63,992 bases of DNA, filler included, from Stramenopiles sp. TOSAG23-3 (GCA_900128585.1; 17 parts of 17 records of this genome joined end to end with filler, not necessarily neighbours in it); one strand, 5' to 3'; positions 45,601-57,117 are shown, counted from the first letter of the whole stretch. Notes: generated from the letters alone by a model not told the origin. Numbers and translations: made by a program.

Positions 45601-46238
45601 GTTTGAGAGAAATTGTCCTCGTGAGATTCTTCGCCGCTCGCTAGGTCTATGACTCTCACAAAATGTTCCGCATCTTCTGCAGAGTCAACCTTTTTGATGC
45701 AAACTTCTAAGTCGATATTATTGCCCGTATGCTTCAAGGCCTCGTCTACAAACGTCCCAACAATTCCCACGCCGATAGGAAATGTGACATCCATCTTCCT
45801 CTCCGTGCCCGATTCCTTGCCGTGGCATTGATGAACCGAACATGATATCTTAAGCTGTCTTGACGATTGCGATAGTTCGTAAAAGACTACTTTGGCAGCA
45901 TCTGTTCTGGTTCTGAGGTCGTTTAGAATTGCTTTTATGTTTTGTCTGGGGTGTAAAGATTGGGCCAAATATAGAGAGTGCCGAAAGCCTGGTAATAAGC
46001 TCTCCACGGATTGGGAATTGTTACTCTCGCGCTCCCTTTGCTGCTCCATCTCTTTCATATTGTCCAGTTCGTTTTCCAATCCCTTGATTTGGACTTGCAA
46101 TGAGCCGATTACATCATCTTTTTTCAACAGCTGCTCCTCATGCCTCTTTCGAAGTTTTTCCTCATCCTCCTCTTTCAATGCAACCTTCGATGTCAATTGA
46201 TTGATTACTTTTGCTTGAGAAATAAGCGTCTCCTCCAT
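42690..46238 (-). CDS. GAF-domain class I cyclic-nucleotide phosphodiesterase-like protein (degenerate active site)
   Basis: N-terminal coiled coil; GAF repeats with ALNKF...F..DD and CVNKC...FDDID motifs; PDE motifs YHNFKH, AAIAVDVSHPG, LALRYND, ENLH, WSNRIIEEF. Confidence 0.85.
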   Translation of the reverse strand: MEETLISQAKVINQLTSKVALKEEDEEKLRKRHEEQLLKKDDVIGSLQVQIKGLENELDNMKEMEQQRERESNNSQSVESLLPGFRHSLYLAQSLHPRQNIKAILNDLRTRTDAAKVVFYELSQSSRQLKISCSVHQCHGKESGTERKMDVTFPIGVGIVGTFVDEALKHTGNNIDLEVCIKKVDSAEDAEHFVRVIDLASGEESHEDNFSQTPICVCPVVQSERADDTGLFGCISLIGQSRTADGEKHYITEIDKKYAIACSTAISRILHDEERKASLLRNETVAQSILNIATESPFLEQQNLYSFASQLVSATINRLNCCAAVYFQVSTQENRCVPKGLKISKAETEDFFALCRGNALDAVDAIQRIKLYASHLGAASGGLLSPIFEMLKISTATFDKRCLDHLQYICSSEYLFSSATLHALNQSPESYSFLESVAKYTASQKFKELVCVDVAQPEKWRNFLSQISAGISVTRKSAINMRHIRSLVAAPIRRNKAVVGVIIALNKFGSEAFMADDLSYLTRAASTAGTALKIVSSLETHTMRISKRMQILNEVDALIREDCSDLLKQVDFPRVLSQINYLIHKGMGSCRYVEIVHTTDSDSHSTICVRRGDRFLDQVRNGSAWENGAYNVVRHVRRHRRVIIASKKDPRESKSSDLDTSDSWIFNPLENTLKEKVHSVLCAPILHPLSSMILGVVLCVNKCDDEDLPEQSAPLPFDDIDGELLTTVASKLGRVFENYLHLPSKYLMFSHESCEAIEAKLPSYRKEILGELRNQRILHETELDRLREYFAESIQTAEVVSMEALVQSNQSGLQNNAWKKKLRVFFLCVRVLGKLLLQLQRFRRKKIEGADGRPSGKPEMKYLASQLRTWNFCELEMNNDDLESSGVMLFKSLPFYIEYNIPLSRIRKFFVQIRRSHYENAYHNFKHGFFVMRVVYNIITRFMEHGRSRYSSRELLSHLVAAIAVDVSHPGKSNEIEIDRQSSLALRYNDTHIYENLHASVLFQIMLDTKADVFGTMNAADRRLSRKEIISAIIHTDSSCHFDLIRDLQLCQNLEAPDNKQLKMDAILHMSDSSMYAMPTVVAVSWSNRIIEEFLLFQLSCEDSEEISKGTLFAPALPLNRKVDTLHEAAQYHLECIKTHLKPGWKIFANAFNHCGDLLRNINANIEHFNNVILSGEKNEEK

Positions 46239-46826
46239 GGTCCCCAAAATGCAAAACAGTTTGGGTTTAACAGTTTGGCCTTCTTTTTATTCAAAGAGAT
46301 AAATTTCTTGATTCATTTATAAGATACATTTATATTATATGTTCATTGCATTCACTGATTCAGAAATTTCAATTCATATGAAACTTTAAACAAACTATCT
46401 ATATCAAGACAAATATGTTCCTTTTTAGATAGACTGATTATTTAATAACAATACCGTTTATCTATACTTGTTGTAGTTTAGTAAAAAATGTAGCAGAGGA
46501 TCAGAAGCTATAATTAAATTTTTGAAGGTGTCAAATAGCAAATGCAAAGAAGAGGAGAACGAAAAGAAAGTGGGGGGGGGGGCTGAGAGTGGAGAGTGGA
46601 GAAGAAGTATAATAAATATTTTAGAAGTCCAAATGGACCAATTGACCAAAAAATAGAACAAAGGACAGCAGGGAGGGGATAAGGAAAAATAAAAAAGCCA
46701 ATCAGGTATAATATATAAATTATATTTTTTATACTGTAGCTATAATAGAAAATTAAATAATAAAAAAAAAACTTTCCTTCGTCCGGTAAGTTGACACATT
46801 CGGCATATGGTTCGAACAAAATAATC

Positions 46827-47261
46827 ATGCGGTTAATTATTTTCGTTCTTCTTGCCTTTGTGGCAGAGGGGACACTGTTACGGGCGTCCCTTGGGACAGC
46901 AGACCCAATCGATCTGAAGACCTACGAAGCCCAGAAAAAATTTCGTGAGGGGGAAACGCTTGACGAATGGTTCGCTCGTTTGAAACACTTACATGTGCTG
47001 GATTGTGCGAAAAAAGGTATCATGAGTGGAAAAGGAGAGCAAGGCGGAGATTTCTTGGAGGAATTGTGCGCTGAAAGGAAGCACCCATTTGGTCCTTATC
47101 GGCCAGGAAAAATGTATTGTTGGAAATCGCAGCCGGAGTGGCACAAAGGCGAAGGGAGGGCTTGCCAAAGCATGAAAAAAATGTGTAAAGAGAAGAATAC
47201 TTTGAAGAAGTACTGCGACCGTACCGGACACTACTATGGGGTTTACAAGAAGAAGAACTAA
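46827..47261 (+). CDS. Small secreted Cys-containing protein
   Basis: Signal-peptide-like MRLIIFVLLAFVAEG, 144 aa, 6 Cys. Confidence 0.65.
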   Translation: MRLIIFVLLAFVAEGTLLRASLGTADPIDLKTYEAQKKFREGETLDEWFARLKHLHVLDCAKKGIMSGKGEQGGDFLEELCAERKHPFGPYRPGKMYCWKSQPEWHKGEGRACQSMKKMCKEKNTLKKYCDRTGHYYGVYKKKN

Positions 47262-47947
47262 ATGGAATTCCGTTTGTGCACTCTATGAATCAGACCAACA
47301 AACCAACATTTGAGTAACTTCTACGATGCAGAAGAAAGAACGAAAAACGATTGATTTCTTCTTTTCCTTCTTCTTCTTTTTTTTCTTCGTTGTTGTTGTT
47401 GTTGTGTGCTGTATAAAATTGTATGATATTAGATGCTATTATTATAATTAACATTATGGGCAATAGCATAGAATCTGTAATTGTTGGGGAAGAGAACAAA
47501 ATCGTATTCGTTTATTTATGTTAGTGATAGGGTTAATTAAATTGTCTTCATTATATACATTTACCAGGCGTACTGTGTCCTGTAGTATTATTATATCAGG
47601 TGGTATTTTAGTACCTGGCTGGTATATAAAACCGTACATAATGGGTTGTTGTTGGGTTTTTTTTTTGTTGAATAATTTGTTACACTAAATTTATATATGA
47701 TGTAGTATGTGTATAAAAATTTTGTTTTTGTTACTTACCGTAATTGTTAATAATAACGGTATTAATCACAAAATGTGTTTGAAATAAAAAGAATTCGACG
47801 TGAAAAAGAAGAGTTTGTTCACTTTTATATTTGAACATTTATATTCACTGTGTTTTTTCTGTTTTGTCCCTACACTCTTTGTATAAATATCCCACGAGCA
47901 CGCGCACCCCTTTCCCCGTACAACCGATAGCCCGTTAGACCAACGAC

Positions 47948-49328
47948 ATGGAAAAGACTTCGGACCAAAGTAGTGAGCTGAAAGCGCCCGCTTCGACGTC
48001 CTTGCGGATGAACATAACCGCAAGTGCGGAGGCCGAAGACGTGGTGGTGCTTGAATTCCCTCTAGAGCTAAGGAACCAGGACTATTTGAGGAGGATCATG
48101 CAGATGATTCGCCCAGGGATAAAGCAATTTTATGATGCAGTTATCGACGAAGGGGATGCCGCCCCAATAGACACCGTGGACGGCATGGAGCCCACGATGA
48201 TGGAGTACATTCGGCACATGGGGCAGAATGGGGAAGACTATGCGGACGTTTTGGATCGCTTGCCTGCGTTTATTATGGAGCATTACCAGTGGTTGATAGA
48301 GGCCGTTTATGCCATTGAATATGGGGGGTTGTACTCCGAGTATGCCCACCTCTTTCAAGCCGTGCTTCCTTCCGAGGGAGAGCAGACGGAGGAGGACACA
48401 GGTGAAGGAAAAGCTGGAGCTGCAAAAGACTCGAGCAATTCTACAAGATTCGTCGTAAAAGAGGCAAATATTCGCACAGCTTTGGGAAATAGCGCCGCCT
48501 TAATGAGCATTCTCGGCGACCAGTTCGAGACGCAGTGGATATTAGATAATTTAAACTTGTTCCGCGCCCAGTACAATTCGCATTTGAAACTGAAGCGAGA
48601 GCGCTTCAGCGCCCTTATGAACGAAGGGGCAACGGCGGAGTCTGCGCGTGGGGATCGTCCTATTGTAAACCCGGACGGTTCGCTCACGTTCACTTACAAT
48701 CATGATTTCGACAAGAATGGAATCTTGTATTACATCGGCACCGATGGATTGACCACGTCGTGGGCAAACCCGGCTGAGAAGAAAGAAGTGTTCGTTGTCC
48801 GTTCTTCCAATGGTTCAGGTGCTGACCAAAACTTTGTTGGGAGGGAAGCCATCTATACGTCCACTGATTATCGTGAACCAAACCAATGGTTTCGAGTAGA
48901 TTTTGGCCAATTTAGGCGCATCTACCCCACTCGATACACCCTGCGCCACGGCTCTGAGTACGGAGTAAGTATTTGCATCGACCTGCCGATCTAAATTTCT
49001 GACTAACAACCCAAGTTTCTCTCTTCAATTCTGAAATTTCTCCTCGCAGTGGCTTCGATTAGAAAATTGGCGGCTGGAGGGGAGCATGGATGGTAAGCGA
49101 TGGTTCACCCTAAGAAGGCACACGAACGAAGACGCGATTCCTTCGAACGTTGGTTTTGGAACGTGCTCGTGGGATATCGAAGACAACTTGTGTCGCAAAA
49201 CTCGCTTTTTTCGAGTCATGCAGACGAAGCCGAATAGCGGACAATCTAACTTAGAAAAAGGAAACTTCCGTCACAACACTTTGTTCCTGTCAGGGTTTGA
49301 AATTTATGGTAAGCTCGTAGAAAAGTAA
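47948..49328 (+). CDS. HECTD1-type SUN/discoidin-like domain protein, 2 exons (intron 48965-49049)
   Basis: YNHDFDKNGILYYIGT...WANPA...YTLRHG | WLRLENWRLEGSMDGKRW...LFLSGFEIYG. An 85-nt GTAAGT...GACTAAC...CAG intron joins the two ORFs in frame. Confidence 0.85.
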
Positions 49329-49531
49329 AGTTTAGCTCGACGAAGAGAGACAACAAATTTCATCAGCAAATTTTGAGGACGGACCGACCCTTCACAAAAT
49401 TCAAGAACAGTTTTTTTTTAATTTAAGGAGAGAGGTAATTTCAGACGCTAGTGGACAATTTAATGTACCACGCGCAGTACATGAATTCTTTAATACTGTG
49501 TTAAGAAATGACTAAAGTACATTATTTAAAA

Positions 49532-49568
49532 GGAGAGTCTTAAAACATACTATATATTTTGGTTTTTT
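49532..49568 (+). mobile_element. Family C copy
   Basis: GGAGAGTCTTAAAACATACTATATATTTTGGTTTTTT between convergent genes, with an imperfect TTAAAAG(G)AG duplication. Confidence 0.6.
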
Positions 49569-49631
49569 AAAAGAGTAACCCCTCTCTCCCCCATTTCCAT
49601 CTTACTTCCACACACATCAATTCTCTCAATT

Positions 49632-51035
49632 TTACTTCTTAGACTGCCCTTGATCACCATACCGCTGCAAGGCTTCGTATTCCATCTTCAGCTCGGAAAG
49701 CTGCTTCTGCAATTCTTTGTTTCTTCTTAATATTTTTATCAAGTCCGTCTTGTTCTCTTTCGATGTATTCCGACCAGAACGTTTGGGGGGGGGTTGCCGC
49801 GGTTCACTGGGTGAAGCGCAGGGTGAAGCGCCCGGAGAAGATGCGGTTGGCGGTATTTTTTCCTTTTCAACCTTTCCACGATCTGGTTCCTTGCTGTTCT
49901 CTCTGGCCTCCTCTTTCCTGGACGGGCCGGGTGACGACGCGGATTTCTTCTTCTTAACGTTACCACTGCTTCTGCCTAAACCATCCTCCTTCGTTTGAAA
50001 TTTTCCATAGACTGCCTCTTCTGACAAAATGACCAAAGACGCCCATCGAAGACGCTCTATAAACGGAGTATCTTCTGGGGGAGGCTCTCTTTGCGCCGAC
50101 TCCTCTACTGTAAGACCAGTTTCCATCACCGACATGCCGCCGACGGCGTCAAGAGCATCCTGCTTTTTCAGACAGAAGGGGTTCCTCCCAAATTGTCCCC
50201 CGAGCCACCTCGTAAGTGCTTCGCACGAATCTAAAAATCTAAGGTCGGACGTCATTTTCAACAAGTAGTTGTTGCCATCAAACACAAACGGGTACGGTTT
50301 GTGGACGATGCCTGGCGCAGGGAGGCGGCGGCGCTGCAACAGTGAGACCACGCGCTTGTGCCGCCAAAACCAAATGCCCTCGACGATTAACAAAGATGCC
50401 GTCCTGGACGCTTCTATAATGTTTATTGCTTTTGCAAGCTTTTTCGTTTCCGCTGGAAGGTCCGTGCAAGTGGACAAATCTGACACGGCGACTTTGAGCC
50501 GTTTGATTGCATCTTCCCGGAAAAGGATGTGTTTCAAAATACGAACGTCGAGCTCCGCGTTGGTCGACGTCGACGAGGACGCAGGGCCATCCTCGTACGT
50601 TATCGTTGCCTGCTGCCGTGCCACTTCCTTCTCCAGAGCTTCGCTTTCTTCGAGCTTCTTCGTTTTTTTCTTTGAGTGCGATGCAAGCGACTTTGTTCTA
50701 CGGTACTGCCCTGCAGTGTGTGGCCTCCTGGAATGGCCCGAACGTTCGCTCCGCTGTGATAGCGACGCCCGACTGCTCGTTGTCGAAGCGCTGCTCTCGT
50801 CGATAAACGTTTGGGTACGCCTCAACAAATCGTTTATGACTCGGTCTTCCGACAACTGCGCAGTTTTCGGGCGCTTTCCGCCCCTCTGTCTATTCCATGA
50901 CTCCTTTTTCTTATATCTTAACGGGCATAGCGGGTCCTTATTCGCAGCGTACCGAGGTATCCCTGCCTTGGTGAGCGGAGTTGCAGCGTTCCAACCCTTT
51001 CGGTCACGAGCTCTGGCACCTTTTTTCGGTAACAT
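49632..51035 (-). CDS. Hypothetical protein
   Basis: 467-aa ORF with a globular-looking block PFVFDGNNYLLKMTSDLRFLD...NPF and a C-terminal coiled coil. Confidence 0.7.
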   Translation of the reverse strand: MLPKKGARARDRKGWNAATPLTKAGIPRYAANKDPLCPLRYKKKESWNRQRGGKRPKTAQLSEDRVINDLLRRTQTFIDESSASTTSSRASLSQRSERSGHSRRPHTAGQYRRTKSLASHSKKKTKKLEESEALEKEVARQQATITYEDGPASSSTSTNAELDVRILKHILFREDAIKRLKVAVSDLSTCTDLPAETKKLAKAINIIEASRTASLLIVEGIWFWRHKRVVSLLQRRRLPAPGIVHKPYPFVFDGNNYLLKMTSDLRFLDSCEALTRWLGGQFGRNPFCLKKQDALDAVGGMSVMETGLTVEESAQREPPPEDTPFIERLRWASLVILSEEAVYGKFQTKEDGLGRSSGNVKKKKSASSPGPSRKEEARENSKEPDRGKVEKEKIPPTASSPGASPCASPSEPRQPPPKRSGRNTSKENKTDLIKILRRNKELQKQLSELKMEYEALQRYGDQGQSKK

Positions 51036-51546
51036 ATTGGTATGACAACCTTGATTCTCTCGGATTCTAAACCCTCGCTCAAAGGTGGTGTCTCACTTAC
51101 CTTCTATCTATCCAGACTATCTCTAACTAACGTTCTCTTTATGCATGATTTCTGAAAATATTCATCCGAATTAATTACAGAAGAAGAAAATTCTTTCAAA
51201 ATTTAGAAATACAAAAGACACATTTGGAAAAAAAATTCTACCCCAACAAGAAGAAGAGAAGTACCAACTATTGTATTATTATTATATTATTTTTTTATTA
51301 TTATATTATTATTATTTCACTCGTACCGGTACGTAGTCGTCATCTTCTCCTCCTCATTGTGAACCTTTCGCCCGTTCGTATACGTACCCGTATTAAATTA
51401 ATTAATATTTACTACTTTAAATTATAGTACACAACGGCAATATATAGCTAATCCCCAATCGATCCAACAACAACAAAAAATAATACTTCTGTAGTATAAT
51501 ACCATCAACAATTAGATAAATAAATTGATAAGATTCTTACAATCTT

Positions 51547-53044
51547 TTAATTCTTAGATCTCAGCGCTCCTTTATCTGTTGCCTTACGAACGTTCTTTCT
51601 TCCTTTCGATTGTCCCATTTTACTGTTTTCGCCTTGAGGCTTTTTGTTCCGGAGTGCTTTTTGCTTTTCTTTTAAATCTTTTGCGCGTTGCTTTGCTTGA
51701 TCTTTCTTGTCCGCAATTGTACGTCAACGGGGAGTTGTATTTCGCTTTCCATGCCTGCAAGGATTTCAAGAGCTCGGCATTGATCTTTGGTAGCAGCTTT
51801 TTCGCCCGGGCCCTAATTTTCTCTTCCTCTTGCAATCGTTTGAACGCGTCTCTTCCTCGGCTGTTCAATCGATCGGCACCGGCGCCAGTCTCTTCGCGCC
51901 GTTCTAAATCGTCTCGGTCGCCGATAATCTTCTCTCGCTTGTTGATGTTTTTCATGATGGGCCTCATGTGCTCCGCCCGCTGCTCAAGCTCTTCCAGGTA
52001 CGCCTCGTGTTCGTCCAGCACGGTTTCGTTCAAGGCGTCGTCTTCCTTGTACATTTTTGAAAACGCCTTTCTTTCGCTTTCGCAGAAGTGCAGCTCGTCC
52101 CAGAGCACGAGAATCTGGTTCCTGGTGCTGTGGACGAGGGGAATCAGCCGTTCTTTCTTGACCACTTTCAGCCGCTCCAGTTCTTTTTCACACGCCGAAA
52201 TTTCTTTCAACCCCACCCCATGGTGCTGTGAAAAGAAAGCAGACCGCTCCTCATCGGGGACGCTGAGCTTTTCCCAAAGCTCGTTGATTTCTGAAGCAAG
52301 CTGTGTAATCTGGGTCTCGCGCTCCGCTTTGGAATTTTGAAGCTCGGCGGACCGGTTGGACAGGGCGCTCAAGTCAGAAATCGTAACGCCTATTTCTTCC
52401 CCTCCGTTCATGATGGCTACGTCGATTTCAGATTCACACTTCATGTCCAGCTCAAACATCAAATTCTTCAACTCATTGACCAGCTTTGAACGTGCTGCTA
52501 CACGATTTCCCAATTCTGTCTGAAGCTCTGCAATGTGATCGTTCAGCTCCTTTTCTCGGTTGTCGGTCAAGTCCTTTCCAACCTCTTGAAAGGGTTCCGA
52601 TACGACCGATCCCAGGGTCTCGGAAAGGTGGTTAATCAACTCTACCTTTTCGTTCAAGGCGTCAAAGCGCTCTTTGTGGCGCTTTCGTGTGTCCATCAAT
52701 TCAATATCTAAGCGATTGACGCTCTGTGTCAGAGTTTCTATATCAATTTTTCCGTCGGCAATAACTTGGCTGCCAAGCTGCGCCGACAAATCTGCTATCT
52801 CGGCGACTGCCTCGGCAATGCGAGTTTTGTACTGTTCGCTTAACTCCTTTTCTTCATCGAGAACATTTTTAATCACACCATGGACATCCTGGTACAATTG
52901 CTCCAAAATCTTTTGTCGGTCAGTGCTACCGAGGCCAACCACGTCCCAGAGCTTGTGAAGCTCGCTCTCCACGGACGTCAAGTTATCTGTAATACTGCTG
53001 TGCTCATTCTGTGCCGCCTGTTCGTTTTCTGCTAGTGCGCTCAT
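51547..53044 (-). CDS. PRC1: PRC1/MAP65/ASE1 microtubule bundler, frameshifted near C-terminus (~51716-51721)
   Basis: ELHKLWDVVG, INELWEKL, ELERL, DRLNSRG, LQEEEKIR...KLLPKI...W. A +1 frame continuation gives a 57-aa coiled-coil tail to TAA at 51547-51549. Confidence 0.85.
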
Positions 53045-53783
53045 ACTTACTGCCGGGGATCTCGTGTGAAGGGTTTAACTTGTTGCACAAAAATAGTTTG
53101 AATGCCTTCAATATGGAAATTAATGTATGCTTTTGTTTAAGAATTATTCTTTCTGCACACGTTGAATAAAAATTTCTAATTGCATCTATCATTTCAGAAC
53201 AGAAACGGAGAAGAAAGCTTTTCATGAAATGCGTTCCTCGTTGTCGTTTTCTTTTTTTTCTTTCTTCTTTTTCTTCTTCTTCTTCTTTTCTTCGCGCAAA
53301 TCATAATAATAATAATAATAGTCTAATAAAAATAAAATCAAGTTTTATTCAATGTTGTGTTCCTTGTAGAGATTCTTAGAAAATATTTTTTTTTGATTGA
53401 TGGAGGAGAGGAGGACGACGGCGGCATTGTGCGTGTGTTCGTTTCTTTCTTTTTTTTATTTTTATTTAATTCTTGATACTATTTACCTTATAAAAATAAA
53501 TAAATTATTGACTCACCCAAAAAAGTGTACAACACCTTCCTTTTGTAAACTAACAAAAGCAAAAGAAGAAGAAGAAAATAAAAACTTGGAAATTTAAAAT
53601 GTAAATAATATGTTGTAAAATAAAACTTTGCTTCATCAGAGACTACGTATCATCGAGAAGAAGAAGAAGAAGAAATAGAATAGAATAGAATAGACGACTA
53701 CGGTAGCTAAAAGTCGTCTAGTTTTAAAATAGACGACGAATATATTAAAATAGAATAGGAATAGAATAGGAATAGAATTCACC

Positions 53784-53861
53784 CAGAAGAAAGAAGAAAG
53801 AAGAAAGAAGAAAGAAGAAAGAAGAAAGAAGAAAGAAGAAAGAAGAAAGAAGAAAGAAGAA
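53784..53861. repeat. (AGAAGAA)n heptamer repeat
   Basis: About 11 tandem units in a divergent spacer. Confidence 0.9.
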
Positions 53862-54519
53862 TTTTTAATATTTTAGTATTATATTACGGTATCGTACCAG
53901 GTACTTCGAACAGCTAACGTTCACTTCTTCTTCATGCGTTTCTTCTGATAAAATTAAATAATTTTATTTAAAGATTTTTTATTTTTCTAGACGACCTCCT
54001 CGTAGAACCGACTTATAATTATTTTTTGTATTCTTTTTTCCTATAATAGTCTTACTGTAAGAATACAAAAAAAGAAATATTTCTTTTTTTTTGATGATGA
54101 AAATGTAACCGAAGTGGAGAAGGCCCTTCCCCCTTCTTCTCTTCTCTTCTTCTTTTCTAATATAATAATAATACATTATACCTAAAATAATAACAAAAAT
54201 TCGCAAAAAATAATAATATTTTTACTATCGGTTTGTTTTTGCTTTATCATGCTGTGCTTATGTTAGTTGAAGAAGAGTTACGATGAATGATGATGATGGG
54301 CAAAAAAAAAAAGGGGGAAGTAGTACGTAGGTAGTAGAAGAAAGAAGAAACTTTATTTTCAGAAAAAACACAGGTGTTATTATAATTGTTTCATTCCAAT
54401 TCAGCAATTATACGTGCATTCAATTAATTATACATCAAAACAAAGTAAATACTCTTTTTAAACAGCTGGGCTCTTTTAATTAGATATTCTCTAACTGTGA
54501 CCGGAGCGGTTAAAAGATT

Positions 54520-57117
54520 ATGTCGTTTGCACCCCCGAAAGCTGGTCCAACGGAACCGGCCGTCCCGGCAAAGGGCAGCGCTGAAATTGATCTGAAACCA
54601 GGGCCAGACTCGGAGCCCTCGAACATGCTCCCCAGTGTTGCCGGGCGCGACGAATTGCCTACCGTGAAAGAGAACGAACCTTTGCCAGATAAAAATGACG
54701 AAGAGATCGTGCTAACGGAACACAATGTCCACCCCAACGCTACCGCGTCAGATGGAAAAGCGGCTGCACCCCCTTCTTACTCACCAGACCCAGCCCTAAG
54801 AGTTGAATACACAGATAGATTGCTCCAAGAATACAACCGCTTACAGCAACAGAATGAAGGTGTTGTTTCGTTAGAGTTAGTAGCCGATGCAATACAGTAT
54901 AGTGAAAGTTTGTTACAGTCATTGCAAGACTGCGCGCAGTGGGACTCCAGGAGTAGGTTCGAAACATATAGAGACGTCTACGTTGCCCTTCACATGGAAA
55001 AAGATGAGCAACGAGGGTCATCAAAAAGCGCGGGGCAGGACCACAGCTTGTCGTTTGAAGAATTCCAGAGTATTTTTCCCGGTCCAAAAGCGTCTGCACC
55101 AAACATAGCGCCAATGGAGCAAAAACAAAGGACCCCAACCCCCGAAGAGCTTGAAGACGTGGAAGGCCAATTTTCCAAAGACAAACGTTTGATTGGAAGA
55201 CTCGCCGCTGTGCCTAGAAAAGAAATCCCAAAGCATTCGCTACGCGATCGCATCCGTGAAGCGCATTCGTCTGGCATTCTGCACTTGAGCGGTTGTGGCC
55301 TGAAATATTTTCCGGGGGACGGAGAGTTTGTTCATTATCTAAGGCAAGTGAAAGTCCTCTCTCTCAGTCGAAACCAGCTTACCTCGCTTCCCTCCGAGCT
55401 TGCGTACCTCCCGCACGTAGAGCACCTTAATTTGTCGTCGAACCTTTTAGAGAAACTTCCAGGATCCATAAGCAGTATGACCCATCTTAAATCTTTGGAC
55501 GTGTCGAACAATGCACTGCAATTTTTGCCCCCTGAGCTTGGAAACCTGAAAAACATTGAAATTCTTTGTGCAAACAAGAATCAAATTCAGTCGCTTCCCT
55601 ATAGTCTTGGAAAACTTAAGACCTTGCACCGTTTCGACATGAAAGGGAACCCTATGTACCCAGTGTTGTGGGACAAGTACAACGACGGTTTGCCTACGCT
55701 TTTGTCATTTTTGCAGGCCATTTCAACGTGCGTTCACGAAGCCAGAATTTTGGGGAACTCGCCGTACGGAGTATTGGAAACGGAAGAGGACATTTTTAAA
55801 AATGAGCAGGTGTTGTCGCAGGCAGATTTTGGAATGGTGGGGACTGTTGTTGACACCCGGAGAGAGATTATCAACAATAGGTTAAACTCTGCACGGGAGA
55901 CGAAATCGTTAACGCTAGAGTACATAAATTTGGTGGAAGTTTCGGATGAAATGGTCGTTCCAGACGTTATCAGCCTTCAGCTGTCTCACAATAAGCGATT
56001 AACGGAAATGCCTGAGAACATAAAGCAGTTTCCTCACCTGGTGCGCCTTAGTGTAAAGAAATGTGGGATCCAGAGTATCTCCGAAAGTTGTGGCTTGGGC
56101 AATTTGTTGCAGCTAGAGTCGCTGGATATTTCTTCCAACCAACTAGAGATTCTCCCGGGAGGCACGTTTGCGAATTTGCAAAACTTAAAACTGCTAGACG
56201 TCTCTGGAAACAAACTGGTGCGCCTTCCAATAGAATTGTCTCGCTTAAAGTCTTTGAAGACCTTTCTTTTTCACGGAAACCCTTTGCCAAATTTGGCTGG
56301 GCTCAGGGCTTTGGTCAGGGAATCGGGAATACCTGGAATCCAATCCGAAATTGTGGCTCGGGCAAAAGGGTACGTTTCAACAGTAGACACGGAAGACATT
56401 GAAAGAAGCACACTTTCAAAGCGTTATGATCTCGCGGACTATACTAGCGTTCTGGATTTAAGTTCATGCGGTCTGGCGACGGTTCCTGATGAAGCCGTCG
56501 CATCAAAATATTACGGAAAGTTGACGGAGATTATATTGGCGCGCAATCAAGTCCAGAAAATGCCTGACAAGATGGCAAACATGTACCGGCTCAGACGGCT
56601 TGATATAAGTCGGAACGACCTGAGCAACTACGGTCTTCCCGCAGAAATGATGAATTTGAAGTCTTTGGTTCAGCTCGACATCAGCCACAACCGCTTTGAG
56701 GAATTTCCTACCGTGATCCTAGAATTTAACTTGCTTCGAAGTTTGAATATTTCGCACAATAAAATGAAGGCAGTTCCATTGGATTTGCGCAACTTGAAAA
56801 AGCTCGAATTTTTGGCTATCGAAGGGAACCCTCTTCCTAAGAATTTCACGCAAGAACTCAGAAAAGGGATTTTGGATTTTATGGAACTGTTGGAGAACCT
56901 TGCTGAGAAATTACCGCCCGCGGATCCTCTCTTGAAAGTTAAGAGAATCACAGAAATGCCCAAAACTTCGCTCCTAGGAAATACCAGATCTGCACTTTCG
57001 CCCGTGGCTGCAGGAGAAGACCCGCCTGTAGACAGGCGTCAGCAGGAAAGTCCGCAAAAAAACAAGTACGTATATAATGCACCAAAAGGGGGGGGGGAAG
57101 TAAGTGTACATAAATAA
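54520..57117 (+). CDS. Leucine-rich-repeat protein (three LRR blocks)
   Basis: Repeated LxxLxLSxNxLxxLP units, each block capped by GNP. 865 aa. Confidence 0.92.
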   Translation: MSFAPPKAGPTEPAVPAKGSAEIDLKPGPDSEPSNMLPSVAGRDELPTVKENEPLPDKNDEEIVLTEHNVHPNATASDGKAAAPPSYSPDPALRVEYTDRLLQEYNRLQQQNEGVVSLELVADAIQYSESLLQSLQDCAQWDSRSRFETYRDVYVALHMEKDEQRGSSKSAGQDHSLSFEEFQSIFPGPKASAPNIAPMEQKQRTPTPEELEDVEGQFSKDKRLIGRLAAVPRKEIPKHSLRDRIREAHSSGILHLSGCGLKYFPGDGEFVHYLRQVKVLSLSRNQLTSLPSELAYLPHVEHLNLSSNLLEKLPGSISSMTHLKSLDVSNNALQFLPPELGNLKNIEILCANKNQIQSLPYSLGKLKTLHRFDMKGNPMYPVLWDKYNDGLPTLLSFLQAISTCVHEARILGNSPYGVLETEEDIFKNEQVLSQADFGMVGTVVDTRREIINNRLNSARETKSLTLEYINLVEVSDEMVVPDVISLQLSHNKRLTEMPENIKQFPHLVRLSVKKCGIQSISESCGLGNLLQLESLDISSNQLEILPGGTFANLQNLKLLDVSGNKLVRLPIELSRLKSLKTFLFHGNPLPNLAGLRALVRESGIPGIQSEIVARAKGYVSTVDTEDIERSTLSKRYDLADYTSVLDLSSCGLATVPDEAVASKYYGKLTEIILARNQVQKMPDKMANMYRLRRLDISRNDLSNYGLPAEMMNLKSLVQLDISHNRFEEFPTVILEFNLLRSLNISHNKMKAVPLDLRNLKKLEFLAIEGNPLPKNFTQELRKGILDFMELLENLAEKLPPADPLLKVKRITEMPKTSLLGNTRSALSPVAAGEDPPVDRRQQESPQKNKYVYNAPKGGGEVSVHK

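Noticed and set aside
49603-49665. Possible 19-nt GT-AG mini-intron or +1 shift extending the 49632 gene (..LRSKIERIDVWK*)
   Set aside because: No branch-point signal and no homology evidence; cannot be supported from sequence alone.
50269-52340. Long antisense ORFs (e.g. 50269-51045, 51579-52340, also 2539-3144, 22925-23629, 38272-38973)
   Set aside because: Shadows of real genes on the opposite strand, with S/F/L-rich non-protein-like composition.
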